Below, piece after piece: positions 1 through 10,011 of a stretch of 64,000 bases of DNA; within the stretch, counting starts at the first letter, position 1, and every line of letters begins with the position of its first letter. Origin of the DNA: an uncultured Pelagibacteraceae bacterium (GTDB lineage Bacteria; Pseudomonadota; Alphaproteobacteria; Pelagibacterales; Pelagibacteraceae); the NCBI GenBank assembly GCA_902604795.1, contig CACKZV010000004.1, positions 5,337-69,336 on the forward strand, read 5' to 3'. Below the pieces are notes generated by a model that saw only the letters and a list, made by a program, of their open reading frames with translations, did not search any database and was not told the DNA's origin. Made by a program: the position numbers and the translations under genes.

Positions 1-2
1 TA

Positions 3-368
3 GTTCATTCTCATTCAACTAATGCAACAGCTTTGTCAACACACAATAAGAAAATACCTTCATTTCATTACATGGTCGCTTTAGCAGGTGGCTCAGATAT
101 AAAGTGTGCAAAATATGCTACTTATGGAACAAGAGAATTATCAAAAAATATTCTTAAAGCCTTAAAAAATAGATCAGCATGTTTAATTGCAAATCACGGG
201 CAGATTGCATTTGGACCTAGTCTTGCGGATGCATTTGAACTTGCCGAAGAAGTTGACAATCTTGCTAAACAATATATCAAAGCTCTCGTTTTAGGACGAC
301 CAAAACTTTTAAGTTTAAATGAAATGAAAAAAGTTTTATCTAAAAGTAAAACGTATAAAAAGGGTTAG
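3..368 (+). CDS. Class II aldolase (fuculose-1-phosphate aldolase family; possibly methylthioribulose-1-P/5-deoxyribulose-1-P aldolase), 5'-truncated by the window edge
   Basis: Frame is open from position 3 (VHSHSTNATAL...). It has the HxH metal motif, YATYGT and LIANHG class II aldolase motifs, and lies next to spermidine synthase. Confidence 0.85.
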   Translation, partial: VHSHSTNATALSTHNKKIPSFHYMVALAGGSDIKCAKYATYGTRELSKNILKALKNRSACLIANHGQIAFGPSLADAFELAEEVDNLAKQYIKALVLGRPKLLSLNEMKKVLSKSKTYKKG

Positions 369-369
369 T

Positions 370-1413
370 ATGACTACAAAAGTTGGTGAACACATTACAC
401 TTGATATTATAGGTACTAAAAAAGAGTATGATCCTGTTTTTTTTGAAAAATTAGTTTATAAGATTGCAAAAATAGCAAAAGTAACAGTATTAGAAATATC
501 TAAATATAAATTTGAACCACAGGGATTTACTCTAGTTGCGCTTCTTGCTGAAAGTCACATCAGTTTCCATACCTTTCCCGAAAAAGGCATTATCAGTTTT
601 GACTTTTTTACATGTGCAAAAATTTCACCTTCCGTAGCAATAAATATTATTAAAGACGAAATTGAACACAGTAGAATAGTTAAGAAGGAATTTAATAGAG
701 ATACAGTGGATCTTTATCATGACATTTATAGCTCGCCAGGTTTAAAAAAGTCATACGTAGTTAATAAAGTGTTAGAAAATTTTAAATCAAATGTTGGTCA
801 ACACATCGAGATATTAGAATTAGAACAATTTGGTAAAGCATTATTTATAGATAATGAAATTCAAGTAGCTGAAAAAGATGAACATCTTTATAGCTCTACT
901 TTTGTTAATTCTGGTTTAGATTTGAACTCTAATAAGGAAAAAGCCGCAATAATTGGTGGTGGTGATGGAGGTGTGGCTAGAGAGTGTATATCTAAAAATT
1001 TTGGATTTATTGATTGGTATGAATTAGATCCTGAAGTGGTAGATGTATGTGATAAACATCTTGGAAAAATTGGTGATAAAGCAACTGAAAAGAATTCAGT
1101 AAAATGTGTTTGGGGAGATGCATTTGAGAGCATCAAATCAGTCAAAGATGATACATATGATCAGATATATGTTGATTTAAATGATGATCAATACTGCATA
1201 GATTTGGCTTCTAAAAATATGAATTCACTTGTAAGAATTTTAAAGCCAAAAGGAGTTATTACAGCTCAGGTTGGTAGCCAGGATAAAAAACCAAAACAAG
1301 TAGAGAATTGGTTAAACATATTTAACAAAAATTTTGGTAATACTAAATTATCTAGAATTTATATACCAAGTTTTGATTGTTCCTGGAATTTTTCTTCATC
1401 GATAAATCATTAG
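370..1413 (+). CDS. Fused S-adenosylmethionine decarboxylase proenzyme (SpeD) / spermidine synthase (SpeE)
   Basis: N-terminal FEPQGFT...LAESHISFHTFPE...FFTC pyruvoyl SpeD motif. C-terminal aminopropyltransferase motifs IIGGGDGG and ELDPEVV. Confidence 0.9.
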   Translation: MTTKVGEHITLDIIGTKKEYDPVFFEKLVYKIAKIAKVTVLEISKYKFEPQGFTLVALLAESHISFHTFPEKGIISFDFFTCAKISPSVAINIIKDEIEHSRIVKKEFNRDTVDLYHDIYSSPGLKKSYVVNKVLENFKSNVGQHIEILELEQFGKALFIDNEIQVAEKDEHLYSSTFVNSGLDLNSNKEKAAIIGGGDGGVARECISKNFGFIDWYELDPEVVDVCDKHLGKIGDKATEKNSVKCVWGDAFESIKSVKDDTYDQIYVDLNDDQYCIDLASKNMNSLVRILKPKGVITAQVGSQDKKPKQVENWLNIFNKNFGNTKLSRIYIPSFDCSWNFSSSINH

Positions 1414-1471
1414 AAACTTCTTTTTAAATCTCAAAAATTATGAAATAATTATTCTTTTAACGGAGGAAATA

Positions 1472-2299
1472 ATGAATGTAATAAAAAATATATTTTTAAC
1501 TGTTTTATTATCTTTATTTTTAATTAGTAATTCTAATGCTGATAAAATTAAGATTGGAACTGAAGGAGCTTACCCACCTTGGAATTCAAAAGATGCTTCA
1601 GGTAAACTTATTGGATTTGAAGTAGAACTTGCATGGACACTTTGCAGATATATAGGCCAGCAGTGTGAAATCGTTGAGCAAGACTGGGATGGCATGATAC
1701 CAGCTTTAACATCAAAAAAATTCGATGCAATAATGGCTGGAATGTCAATTACTGATGAGAGAATGAAAACAATTAATTTTTCACAAGGATATGCTGACGA
1801 AGTAGCATCTTTGGCTGTTATGAAAGGTTCTGACCTAGAAGGTATGGATACTCCAGAAGCAGTAAATTTAAATATAGGTGGTTCGTCTGTAAATAAAGCT
1901 ATGAAAACTTTAACTTCAGCTTTATCTGGAAAAACAGTCTGTACACAAATTGGAACAATTCACCAAAATTTCTTAGAGTCAGGTGAAGTTGGAAAAATAA
2001 ATTTGAAAACTTATAAAACACAAGATGAAGTGAATCTTGATTTGACTAATGGTAGATGTGATGTTGCTTTAGCAGCTGCAGTTGCATTTACGGACTATGC
2101 TGAAAAATCTGGTGAAGCTGTTGTACTTGTGGGACCAACTTTTTCAGGTGGTGCATTTGGTAATGGTGTAGGAGTAGGTATTAGAAAAGGTGATACTAAA
2201 CTCTTAAAAGCTTTTAACAAAGCTATCGATAAAGCAAGAAAAGATGGGCATATTAGTAGAATTGCCATCAAGTGGTTCGGCTTCGACGCTTCTATGTAA
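1472..2299 (+). CDS. Polar amino acid ABC transporter substrate-binding protein (Lys/Arg/Orn/octopine type)
   Basis: Signal peptide; IGTEGAYPPWN, QDWDGMIPAL and MSITDERMK family-3 SBP motifs; GGAGG SD upstream. Confidence 0.93.
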   Translation: MNVIKNIFLTVLLSLFLISNSNADKIKIGTEGAYPPWNSKDASGKLIGFEVELAWTLCRYIGQQCEIVEQDWDGMIPALTSKKFDAIMAGMSITDERMKTINFSQGYADEVASLAVMKGSDLEGMDTPEAVNLNIGGSSVNKAMKTLTSALSGKTVCTQIGTIHQNFLESGEVGKINLKTYKTQDEVNLDLTNGRCDVALAAAVAFTDYAEKSGEAVVLVGPTFSGGAFGNGVGVGIRKGDTKLLKAFNKAIDKARKDGHISRIAIKWFGFDASM

Positions 2300-2306
2300 T
2301 TAATTT

Positions 2307-2342
2307 TAGATATGGCGACTATAATATATAGTCGCCAATCTA
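2307..2342 (+). terminator. Intergenic stem-loop between SBP and permease genes (mRNA stabiliser or partial terminator)
   Basis: TGGCGACTATA-ata-TATAGTCGCCA perfect 11-bp stem, extendable by TAGAT/ATCTA with one bulge. Confidence 0.7.
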
Positions 2343-2343
2343 T

Positions 2344-3036
2344 ATGGAACTTCTATCATTTGGAGATACTGGTTGGGGAGACGAACTGTTTTTCGCAACC
2401 CTAATGACAATTGCTGTATCTATTGCTGCAATGGCAATTGGATTTATATTTGCTTTAATATTTACACCTTTAAAATTATCTAAAAATAAAACACTAAATG
2501 TAATTGGAAATTGTTACACTACTATAATTAGAGGTGTTCCAGAATTATTAGTAATATACTTGTTATTTTTTGGTGGAACAGGAGCTGCTATGTATGTGGC
2601 TTCAATTTTTGGGTATGATGGTTATATTGAAATAAATGCATTTATAACTGGTGCTCTTGCAATTGGGATTATTTCTGGAGCGTATTCTACTGAAGTTTTT
2701 AGGGGTGCCATTTTATCAATCGATAAAGGTCAATTTGAGGCTTCAAAAGTTTTGGGTATAAAAAAATATATTCAATTTTACAAAATTATTTTACCGCAAA
2801 TGTTGAGATTATCGATTCCAAACCTAAGTAACGTTTGGCAAATAACTTTAAAAGATACTTCTTTAATTTCTGTTACAGGATTAGTAGAAATAATGAGGCA
2901 ATCTTATATTGCCGCTGGTTCAACTAGAGATCCTTTATTTTTTTATTCAGTAGCAGCTGTCTTATACTTAATGCTTACTTTCCTAAGTATGAAATTAATT
3001 AATAAATTAGAAATAAAATACAGCAAAGGATACTAA
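2344..3036 (+). CDS. Polar amino acid ABC transporter permease (HisQ/OccQ type)
   Basis: YTTIIRGVPELL, AYSTEVFRGAILSIDKGQFEAS and LKDTSL motifs. Confidence 0.93.
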   Translation: MELLSFGDTGWGDELFFATLMTIAVSIAAMAIGFIFALIFTPLKLSKNKTLNVIGNCYTTIIRGVPELLVIYLLFFGGTGAAMYVASIFGYDGYIEINAFITGALAIGIISGAYSTEVFRGAILSIDKGQFEASKVLGIKKYIQFYKIILPQMLRLSIPNLSNVWQITLKDTSLISVTGLVEIMRQSYIAAGSTRDPLFFYSVAAVLYLMLTFLSMKLINKLEIKYSKGY

Positions 3037-3713
3037 TGGATATAAAATTAATGATTAGTATTTTTCCGAGCTTATTAAGTGGTGCAGTTATCACTCTTCA
3101 ACTCTTAGTATCTTCAATGTTTTTTGGATTAATAATAGGTTTAATTTTTGCAATTTTAAGAATTAATAAAAATCCAATAATTAATAAGTTTGCTTATGGT
3201 TATTCTTATTTTTTTAGAGGAACACCATTACTAGTTCAATTGTATTTAATTTATTATGGATTAGCTAATATAGAATTTTTAAGAAATTCATTTTTTTGGG
3301 TAATAATAAAGGAACCATATTGGTGTGCAATAATTGCATTTTCTTTAAATACAGGAGCTTATACGTCCGAGATACTAAGATCAGCATTTCAGACAATTAA
3401 AAAAGGTTACATTGAAGCTGCGCAAAGTTTAGGTGTAACAAAAAAAATAACTTTTTACAGAATTCAATTACCTATAGCGATAAAACAATCACTTCCAGCA
3501 TATGGGAATGAAATAATATTAATGCTTAAAGGTACCTCTCTTGCAAGTGTTATAACAATTATGGATTTAATGGGTGAAGCTAGAAAAGTAAATGTTTTAA
3601 CTTTTAAACCTTTTGAGGCTTTTATTACAGCAGGAATAATTTATTTATTTATTACATTTATAATTCACAATATTATAAAGTATTTAGAAAAAAAATATGG
3701 ATTTCAAACATGA
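3036..3713 (+). CDS. Polar amino acid ABC transporter permease (HisM/OccM type)
   Basis: FFRGTPLLVQL, AYTSEILR, EAA motif and LKGTSLAS. Confidence 0.93.
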   Translation: MDIKLMISIFPSLLSGAVITLQLLVSSMFFGLIIGLIFAILRINKNPIINKFAYGYSYFFRGTPLLVQLYLIYYGLANIEFLRNSFFWVIIKEPYWCAIIAFSLNTGAYTSEILRSAFQTIKKGYIEAAQSLGVTKKITFYRIQLPIAIKQSLPAYGNEIILMLKGTSLASVITIMDLMGEARKVNVLTFKPFEAFITAGIIYLFITFIIHNIIKYLEKKYGFQT

Positions 3714-4495
3714 AAGTAGCTTGTATTCAATTATCTAGTGGGGAAGATTATAATAAAAATTTTAAAGATATTGTAAAATATATTAATCAAGCAATTGTAA
3801 ATAAAGCAGACTTAATAATTACTCCAGAAACTTCTTCATTGATGTCTGCTGACAAAAATAATTTATTTAAATATTCATATGAAATGAAACATGATCCAAT
3901 AATAAAAAAAGTAAAAATTATAGCTAAAACAAAGAAGAAATGGATACTTCTTGGCTCAATGTGCATTAAAGAAAAAAGCAAATTAAGAAATAGATCTATT
4001 CTTATTGGACCTAAGGGTAAAATAAATACTTATTATGATAAAATAAATATGTTTGATGTTAAAGTTTCAAAAAAAGAACAACATAAAGAAAGTAAAGTAT
4101 TTAAGGCAGGTAAAAAATTAGTATCAGCTAAATTACCCTGGGGAAATATAGGTCTTTCAATTTGTTATGATTTAAGATTTCCAGAACTTTATAGAAACTT
4201 ATCAAAAAGAAATCTAAGTTTTATAACTGTTCCATCTGCATTTACTAAAACAACTGGTCAAAGGCATTGGTTAACTTTATTACAAGCAAGAGCAATCGAA
4301 AACTTTTGTTATATTTTTGCACCTAATCAAACAGGAAAAAATACGATTAAAAGAGAAACTTTTGGTCATACAGTTATTATTTCCCCCGATGGTAAAGTAA
4401 TGGCTCTGAAGAAAGTTGGTAAAGGAATTATATATGCAAATATAATTCCAAAAATAGCTATGGATTTAAGAAAAGTTATTCCAAGCCTTAAATAA
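3710..4495 (+). CDS. Carbon-nitrogen hydrolase (Nit1 / deaminated glutathione amidase-like)
   Basis: TPE, YDKINMFD and ICYDLRFPE catalytic-triad motifs; ARAIEN. Confidence 0.9.
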   Translation: MKVACIQLSSGEDYNKNFKDIVKYINQAIVNKADLIITPETSSLMSADKNNLFKYSYEMKHDPIIKKVKIIAKTKKKWILLGSMCIKEKSKLRNRSILIGPKGKINTYYDKINMFDVKVSKKEQHKESKVFKAGKKLVSAKLPWGNIGLSICYDLRFPELYRNLSKRNLSFITVPSAFTKTTGQRHWLTLLQARAIENFCYIFAPNQTGKNTIKRETFGHTVIISPDGKVMALKKVGKGIIYANIIPKIAMDLRKVIPSLK

Positions 4496-4500
4496 CTAAT

Positions 4501-5811
4501 TTAAATTTTTAAGTAAATTCTATTAAAATAAATAACCAATGTGAGAGCTCGTAAAATCAAAAATATAGTGAGTGAAATCCATAAACCTTGATTACCGAAC
4601 CCTTCAACAAGCATAAATGAACCTATTAAATGAATAACAACAGAGATAAACATGGCATTTCTCAGCTCTTTTGTTTGAGATGCTCCAATAAATATTCCAT
4701 CTAATTGGTAACAAAAAGACGAAACAAAAGGTAGAAGCACTAACCAAAATGAATACTGATAACTAATGTCTCTTACATTCTCTATGTCAGTCATAAAATC
4801 TATAAATGAATTTTTGAAAAACAGGTAAAACAGAGAAATCAAAATTCCAGTTAAAGAACTCAAAATAAAAGAGTTTTTAACTATATTTGTAAAAAGTATT
4901 TTATTTTTTTTACCAATAGAATATCCAACTATACCTTCAGTTGAAAAGGCATAAGCATCTAAAATAAATGCAGATAAAAATATAAGATTTAATAAAATTG
5001 TATTAGCTGCAATAAATTCTTCGCCAATTCTCCCACCTAGATAAGTAAACCAAAAAAAAGAAAAACTTAATAAAAGAGTTCTTAAAAATATATTTAAATT
5101 TATCTCTAATAAATTTTTTAATTTTGAGGTATTTACAATTTCCTTAATATTAAAGTTTAAAGATACATATTTTCTTAAATAATAGAAAATATAAAATAAA
5201 AATAAAAACGATGTTACTGCTGTAGCAAGCAAAGTTCCATATGCGACACCTTTAATATTTAAATTGAATTTTAATACTAAAATAGAGCTAAATAAAATAT
5301 TTAGAACAGACAATAAAACAATTGCAACACTTGAAATTTTTGTTTTTTGTAATCCAATAAATAAACCTACAACAATATAAATTGTCAATTCAAAAAAAGA
5401 TGAGTAAATTCTTATATTAAAATAATCATTGAATTTTTTTTCTGTATCAAGCGATAGATCAAAAAATATTAGACATAAATTTAATAATTGTTTTTGGAAT
5501 AGTATTAATAAAATTGATATTGAAATCACAAATAATAGATTTCTAAAAACTATATTTAAGATACTTTTATAATCATTTCTTCCAAATGATTGACTTACAA
5601 GACCAACAGTTCCCATTCTTAAAAAACCAAAACTCCAAAATACTAATGAAAAAAAACTGGATGCTATACTTGTAGCAGTGAGATAACCTTGATTACTCAT
5701 ATTACCCATTAATGTCGTATCAACAATTCCTACCAGAGGTGTTGCAAGGTTAGCAAAAAATATTGGTATAGATAAACTCAATATGTATTTTATTGAAGAT
5801 TTATCGCTCAC
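4501..5811 (-). CDS. MATE family efflux transporter (DinF-like)
   Basis: PLVGIVDT, FGFLRMGT and LDGIFIGA motifs; about 12 TM segments. Confidence 0.92.
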   Translation of the reverse strand: MSDKSSIKYILSLSIPIFFANLATPLVGIVDTTLMGNMSNQGYLTATSIASSFFSLVFWSFGFLRMGTVGLVSQSFGRNDYKSILNIVFRNLLFVISISILLILFQKQLLNLCLIFFDLSLDTEKKFNDYFNIRIYSSFFELTIYIVVGLFIGLQKTKISSVAIVLLSVLNILFSSILVLKFNLNIKGVAYGTLLATAVTSFLFLFYIFYYLRKYVSLNFNIKEIVNTSKLKNLLEINLNIFLRTLLLSFSFFWFTYLGGRIGEEFIAANTILLNLIFLSAFILDAYAFSTEGIVGYSIGKKNKILFTNIVKNSFILSSLTGILISLFYLFFKNSFIDFMTDIENVRDISYQYSFWLVLLPFVSSFCYQLDGIFIGASQTKELRNAMFISVVIHLIGSFMLVEGFGNQGLWISLTIFLILRALTLVIYFNRIYLKI

Positions 5812-5818
5812 TTAATAA

Positions 5819-6208
5819 TTAGTAGCTTGTATATTCTTTAATTTCTTTAATTTTAGAGCCTGTATGATTATTAACTTCTAGTTTAAGTTTTGCTCTGTCA
5901 TCATTTAAAAAGTGCACATCTCTTGAGAGTTTTATAAATTTTTCACCAAAATCGGAATTTTTTTCACATAATCTTTTATTATCTTCAATAACCCAGAGTT
6001 TTGAATTAATTTCTTTTAATGAATTGAATAATTCACTTAGTTTTTCATCTGATTTAACATTTTTATTTAATTGATATTTCAGTACACTATATTCATCATT
6101 TATAAATTTAAGTTTCTCGAGATCCTTAATTTTTTCTTTTTTGATTTCTAAAATTGAAATTTTATCTAAAAGTTCACCTACAGATACTTCAACTAAAATT
6201 TTATTCAT
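5819..6208 (-). CDS. DUF6165-like conserved hypothetical protein
   Basis: VSVGELLDKISILEIK, LWVIED and NDDRAKLK pattern typical of this family, which is often near glycosyltransferases. Confidence 0.75.
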   Translation of the reverse strand: MNKILVEVSVGELLDKISILEIKKEKIKDLEKLKFINDEYSVLKYQLNKNVKSDEKLSELFNSLKEINSKLWVIEDNKRLCEKNSDFGEKFIKLSRDVHFLNDDRAKLKLEVNNHTGSKIKEIKEYTSY

Positions 6209-6240
6209 ATATAAACATAGTGTGTTAAGTTGTTAAAAAT

Positions 6241-7182
6241 ATGTCTAATATTCTTATAATTAAACATGGATCTTTAGGTGATATAGCCCAAGCGAGTGGT
6301 GCAATTCAAGATATTTCTGATTTTCATAAAGATGATAAAGTATATTTATTAACATCAAAGCCTTACATTGATCTTTTCAAAAAAAATCCATGTTTAGAGG
6401 ACATAATTTTGGATAAGAGATTATCAAGATTTAATCTGATTTATTTATTCAATCTCATGCGCAAATTAAAAAAATATAAATTTTTAAAAGTTTTTGATTT
6501 ACAAAATTCTTCTCGTTCAAATTTCTATAAGAAAATATTGTTCCCAAATGCTAGTAATCTTGTTTGGTCGTCTTCTGAAACCACATTGCCAAAAGATAAA
6601 TCCAAGGATGAATTTGATAAAAATCCTGTTTTAGACAGATTTAAACATCAATTAGAAACATCTGGAGTTAGTTCTAAATACACTATGTTTCCTAATTTTA
6701 GTTGGGCTTGTTCCAATATTGAAAATATAAAAAAAAAATTTGATTTAAATAAATATATAATTTTATTTCCTTTTTGCTCTCCGCATTTACAGATTAAAAA
6801 ATGGCCTAATTATAATAAACTTATAGATTTAATTAAGAATAAATTTAAAGATGAATATAAGATTATAGTAGCTCCAGGTCCTGATGAAATTAATATGACA
6901 AAAGAAATTAATGCGATTTCAATTTTAAAAGAAAATAGATCTTTAGATATTTCTGAGCTTGCTACATTAATAAAAGACAGTTCTTTTGTTGTAGCAAATG
7001 ACACTGGACCTGCACATATAGCAGCACACTTGGATACTAAAGGCTTAGCTTTATTCGGTTCTCATACCACTGCTTACAAAGTAAGTATAGAGAGAGAAAA
7101 TTTTAAAGCAATTCAAGTAACAGATTTAAATAAATTATCACCTGAAAAAGTTTTTGAATATTTAACAAAATCATTAAATTAA
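6241..7182 (+). CDS. Glycosyltransferase family 9 (heptosyltransferase-like)
   Basis: IKHGSLGD, DLQ, KKWP and NDTGPAHIAA motifs. Confidence 0.9.
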   Translation: MSNILIIKHGSLGDIAQASGAIQDISDFHKDDKVYLLTSKPYIDLFKKNPCLEDIILDKRLSRFNLIYLFNLMRKLKKYKFLKVFDLQNSSRSNFYKKILFPNASNLVWSSSETTLPKDKSKDEFDKNPVLDRFKHQLETSGVSSKYTMFPNFSWACSNIENIKKKFDLNKYIILFPFCSPHLQIKKWPNYNKLIDLIKNKFKDEYKIIVAPGPDEINMTKEINAISILKENRSLDISELATLIKDSSFVVANDTGPAHIAAHLDTKGLALFGSHTTAYKVSIERENFKAIQVTDLNKLSPEKVFEYLTKSLN

Positions 7183-7925
7183 TGGAAATAAATTTCCTTT
7201 TTTTTATAAGTGTTGTTCCTGCAGTAATTTTGTACGGTATTGCAAAGTCTGGTTTAGGAGGTTCAATATCATTAATATCAGTCCCATTAATGACAGTTGT
7301 GATGCCATTACAACAGGCACTTGCTATAATTTTACCAATTTTAATTTTCTCAGACATGATAGCTGTTTACCGATTTAGAAAAGAATTTAATCTTAAAATA
7401 CTGAAGTTAATAGTACCCTTTGCAGCTGTTGGAATTATAATTGGTTCACTTACTTTTAGTTATTTTTCTGAAAATTTATTAAAATTTATTGTTGGAATAA
7501 TGGGTTTTTTATTTGCTGGACATTATTTTTTGTTTAAAAAAGAAAAAACAACTCCGACTAAGCAAAATTTTTTAAAAGGTGCTATATGCTCATCAATTGC
7601 AGGATTTTCAAGTTTCTGTGTCCACTCTGGTGGAACACCCACAAGTCTTTATTTGTTACCATTAAGGTTGAAAAAAGAGATTTATGTAGGAACTAGAGTA
7701 ATATTTTTTTGTTTTGTTAACCTATTAAAGTTGCCTTTATATATTTATCTTTCAATGGTCAATTTTGATACCTTGTATCAATCAATTTCTCTTTTTCCTC
7801 TTGCAGTGATTGGAATATTTATTGGATATAAATTATTAAAAATAATAAAAGAAAATTTATTTTATAATATCATTTATGCATTAATCCTTGCGAGTAGCGC
7901 AAAGCTTATAATAGATTTTATTTAA
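7182..7925 (+). CDS. TauE/SafE family sulfite exporter
   Basis: GIAKSGLGG and HSGGTP motifs; multi-TM. Confidence 0.85.
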   Translation: MEINFLFFISVVPAVILYGIAKSGLGGSISLISVPLMTVVMPLQQALAIILPILIFSDMIAVYRFRKEFNLKILKLIVPFAAVGIIIGSLTFSYFSENLLKFIVGIMGFLFAGHYFLFKKEKTTPTKQNFLKGAICSSIAGFSSFCVHSGGTPTSLYLLPLRLKKEIYVGTRVIFFCFVNLLKLPLYIYLSMVNFDTLYQSISLFPLAVIGIFIGYKLLKIIKENLFYNIIYALILASSAKLIIDFI

Positions 7926-8341
7926 GTAATATAAATTTTATCTGATAAACCGTAACAAAGTATGGCCATCATAATTAAAAAAACAGTAGGCGCTATTATT
8001 CCTTCATTTGTAGCTTTTTCATTAAGACCAGTTTTATCAATTTTAAGTGAGTAGAAATTTGTTCCTAAAACGCATGCATGAATAATAAATATTAAATTAA
8101 AAAAGGCCCAAGTTCCCTCAACTCCATTTGGTCTTACAAACATAATATAAATAGCCATTATTACCCAACCAAGCATTAGCGCTCCAACAAATCTAATCAT
8201 TACAGCTGCACTGTGATCTATACCAAACTTATCCATAAATTTTTTGGTTCCAACAATTGTTTGAAAACAATATGCAGCTATTCCTATAAAATGTGCAAGA
8301 AAGATAATTAAGTAAAAGATATTATTAAACTTAGCAATCAT
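7922..8341 (-). CDS. Hypothetical 4-TM membrane protein
   Basis: 139-aa ORF tightly packed in a minus-strand operon, with four hydrophobic segments. Confidence 0.75.
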   Translation of the reverse strand: MIAKFNNIFYLIIFLAHFIGIAAYCFQTIVGTKKFMDKFGIDHSAAVMIRFVGALMLGWVIMAIYIMFVRPNGVEGTWAFFNLIFIIHACVLGTNFYSLKIDKTGLNEKATNEGIIAPTVFLIMMAILCYGLSDKIYIT

Positions 8342-8350
8342 ATAACTATT

Positions 8351-9433
8351 CTATAAGATTCTTTTATAATTTTCAATTATTCTATCCCACAAGAAGTTTT
8401 CAGCATTAATTTTTGCTTCTTTGCCGTATTCTAAATATTTATTATTTTTAAAAAGATTATCTATGCTTGAATATACATCTTCCAATTTATTTCCATCACA
8501 TATCAAGCCAGTTTTTTCGTGGATTATTGCATCTGACGCTCCTCCATCTTTACCACCGATTGAGGGGATACCATATTGTGCAGCTTCGATGTAAGCAATA
8601 CCAAAACCTTCAACTGACTTTTTATAAATTATTGAAGGCATTACAAAAATATCTGACTTAGAAACAAGAGCATTTTTTAAATCTGAAGGAATATCTTTTA
8701 AGAAAGTTACTTGGTCTTCTAATTTAAGTTCAATTACTAATTTTTTTAATTTTTCCTCCTGATCACCGTATCCAATACAAGTGTAAGTAATATCAGGGTA
8801 GATTTCTTTTAAGTTTCTAACAGCCATTATTACTTTTTCATGACTTTTTCTTTTATCAAATCTTGAGACTGTTATTAGTCTGTTTTTCTTTCCTTTTAAT
8901 ATTTCCTCAGCCTCATCTAAGTATCTTTTTGGAACTTCAACTGCTGGATCAAGACCAGGATTAATAACAACTATTTTTCTTTCATCCACTCCAAGATCTA
9001 TAGCTAAGTTTTTTGTATAATTTGAATTCGCAACAACATGATCAATATTATTCAGAACAGATAGCACTTTCTTATTTAATCCAGATCCTTTAGGGTGATT
9101 TATTTCCTTTGAATGAATTAGACAAATTTTTTTTTTATTTGTTTTGATTAATTCTAAACTTTTCCAATGATCAGCAATTAAACATTCCACATTTTTATTA
9201 TTTTCAAGATAATCATTAATTAAATAAGATTTTCTATATTTTCTAATTAGCTTCATCCCACTTACTCTTTCTATTGAAAATGAAACTGTATTGTCAAACT
9301 CTTCATGATTTTCATGATAGTCTGCAAAAACTTTTATAAGATTAAGTTTTGAAAGAGACCTTGCTAGCCCCCACATGAGATTTTGCATACCTCCTAATTC
9401 TGGAGGAAAAGTTCTAGTTATTACTAAATACAT
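8351..9433 (-). CDS. Glycosyltransferase family 4 (PimB-like)
   Basis: FPPELGGMQ and EGFGIAYIEAA GT-B motifs. Confidence 0.92.
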   Translation of the reverse strand: MYLVITRTFPPELGGMQNLMWGLARSLSKLNLIKVFADYHENHEEFDNTVSFSIERVSGMKLIRKYRKSYLINDYLENNKNVECLIADHWKSLELIKTNKKKICLIHSKEINHPKGSGLNKKVLSVLNNIDHVVANSNYTKNLAIDLGVDERKIVVINPGLDPAVEVPKRYLDEAEEILKGKKNRLITVSRFDKRKSHEKVIMAVRNLKEIYPDITYTCIGYGDQEEKLKKLVIELKLEDQVTFLKDIPSDLKNALVSKSDIFVMPSIIYKKSVEGFGIAYIEAAQYGIPSIGGKDGGASDAIIHEKTGLICDGNKLEDVYSSIDNLFKNNKYLEYGKEAKINAENFLWDRIIENYKRIL

Positions 9434-9436
9434 TAA

Positions 9437-9991
9437 TTATTTAAACCATTTAATACTACAGCCCATACTAGGAAATTGTTCATTTGGACCATTGTTAGTT
9501 TTTGCAATCATTTTCATAGCATTTTTAAGTTCGCTATCTCCACTTTCTATTGGTTTTAAATTTTTTAATTCTCTAATTCTTCCTCTGTATTGAAGTTCAA
9601 GATCTTTATTATAACCAAAAAAATCTGGAGTACAGACGGCACCATAAGTTTTAGCCACTTCTTGTGTTTCGTCGATTAAATATGGAAAATTAAAATCATT
9701 ATTTTTTGAAAATTTAATCATGTTATCAAATGAATCTTCTTCATATCTACTTGGGTCATTAGACATTATTGCTATAGATTTGATTCCTTCATTTTCTAAT
9801 TCTTTACAATCTTCGACAACATTATTTATAACCGCCAAAACATACGGACAGTGATTACAGATAAACATTATTAGCGTTCCATTTTCACCCTTTGCATCAC
9901 TTAGTGAAATTATTTTATTATCTATAGATTTAAGTTCAAAGTTATCAGCTTTTTTACCGAAGTCACAAATTGGTGTTTTAGTTAATGCCAT
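9437..9991 (-). CDS. Thioredoxin-fold AhpC/TSA family protein
   Basis: FICNHCPYV, GAVCTPDFF and SMGCSIKW motifs. Confidence 0.92.
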   Translation of the reverse strand: MALTKTPICDFGKKADNFELKSIDNKIISLSDAKGENGTLIMFICNHCPYVLAVINNVVEDCKELENEGIKSIAIMSNDPSRYEEDSFDNMIKFSKNNDFNFPYLIDETQEVAKTYGAVCTPDFFGYNKDLELQYRGRIRELKNLKPIESGDSELKNAMKMIAKTNNGPNEQFPSMGCSIKWFK

Positions 9992-10011
9992 GTTAAAAGA
10001 CTATATAATTT

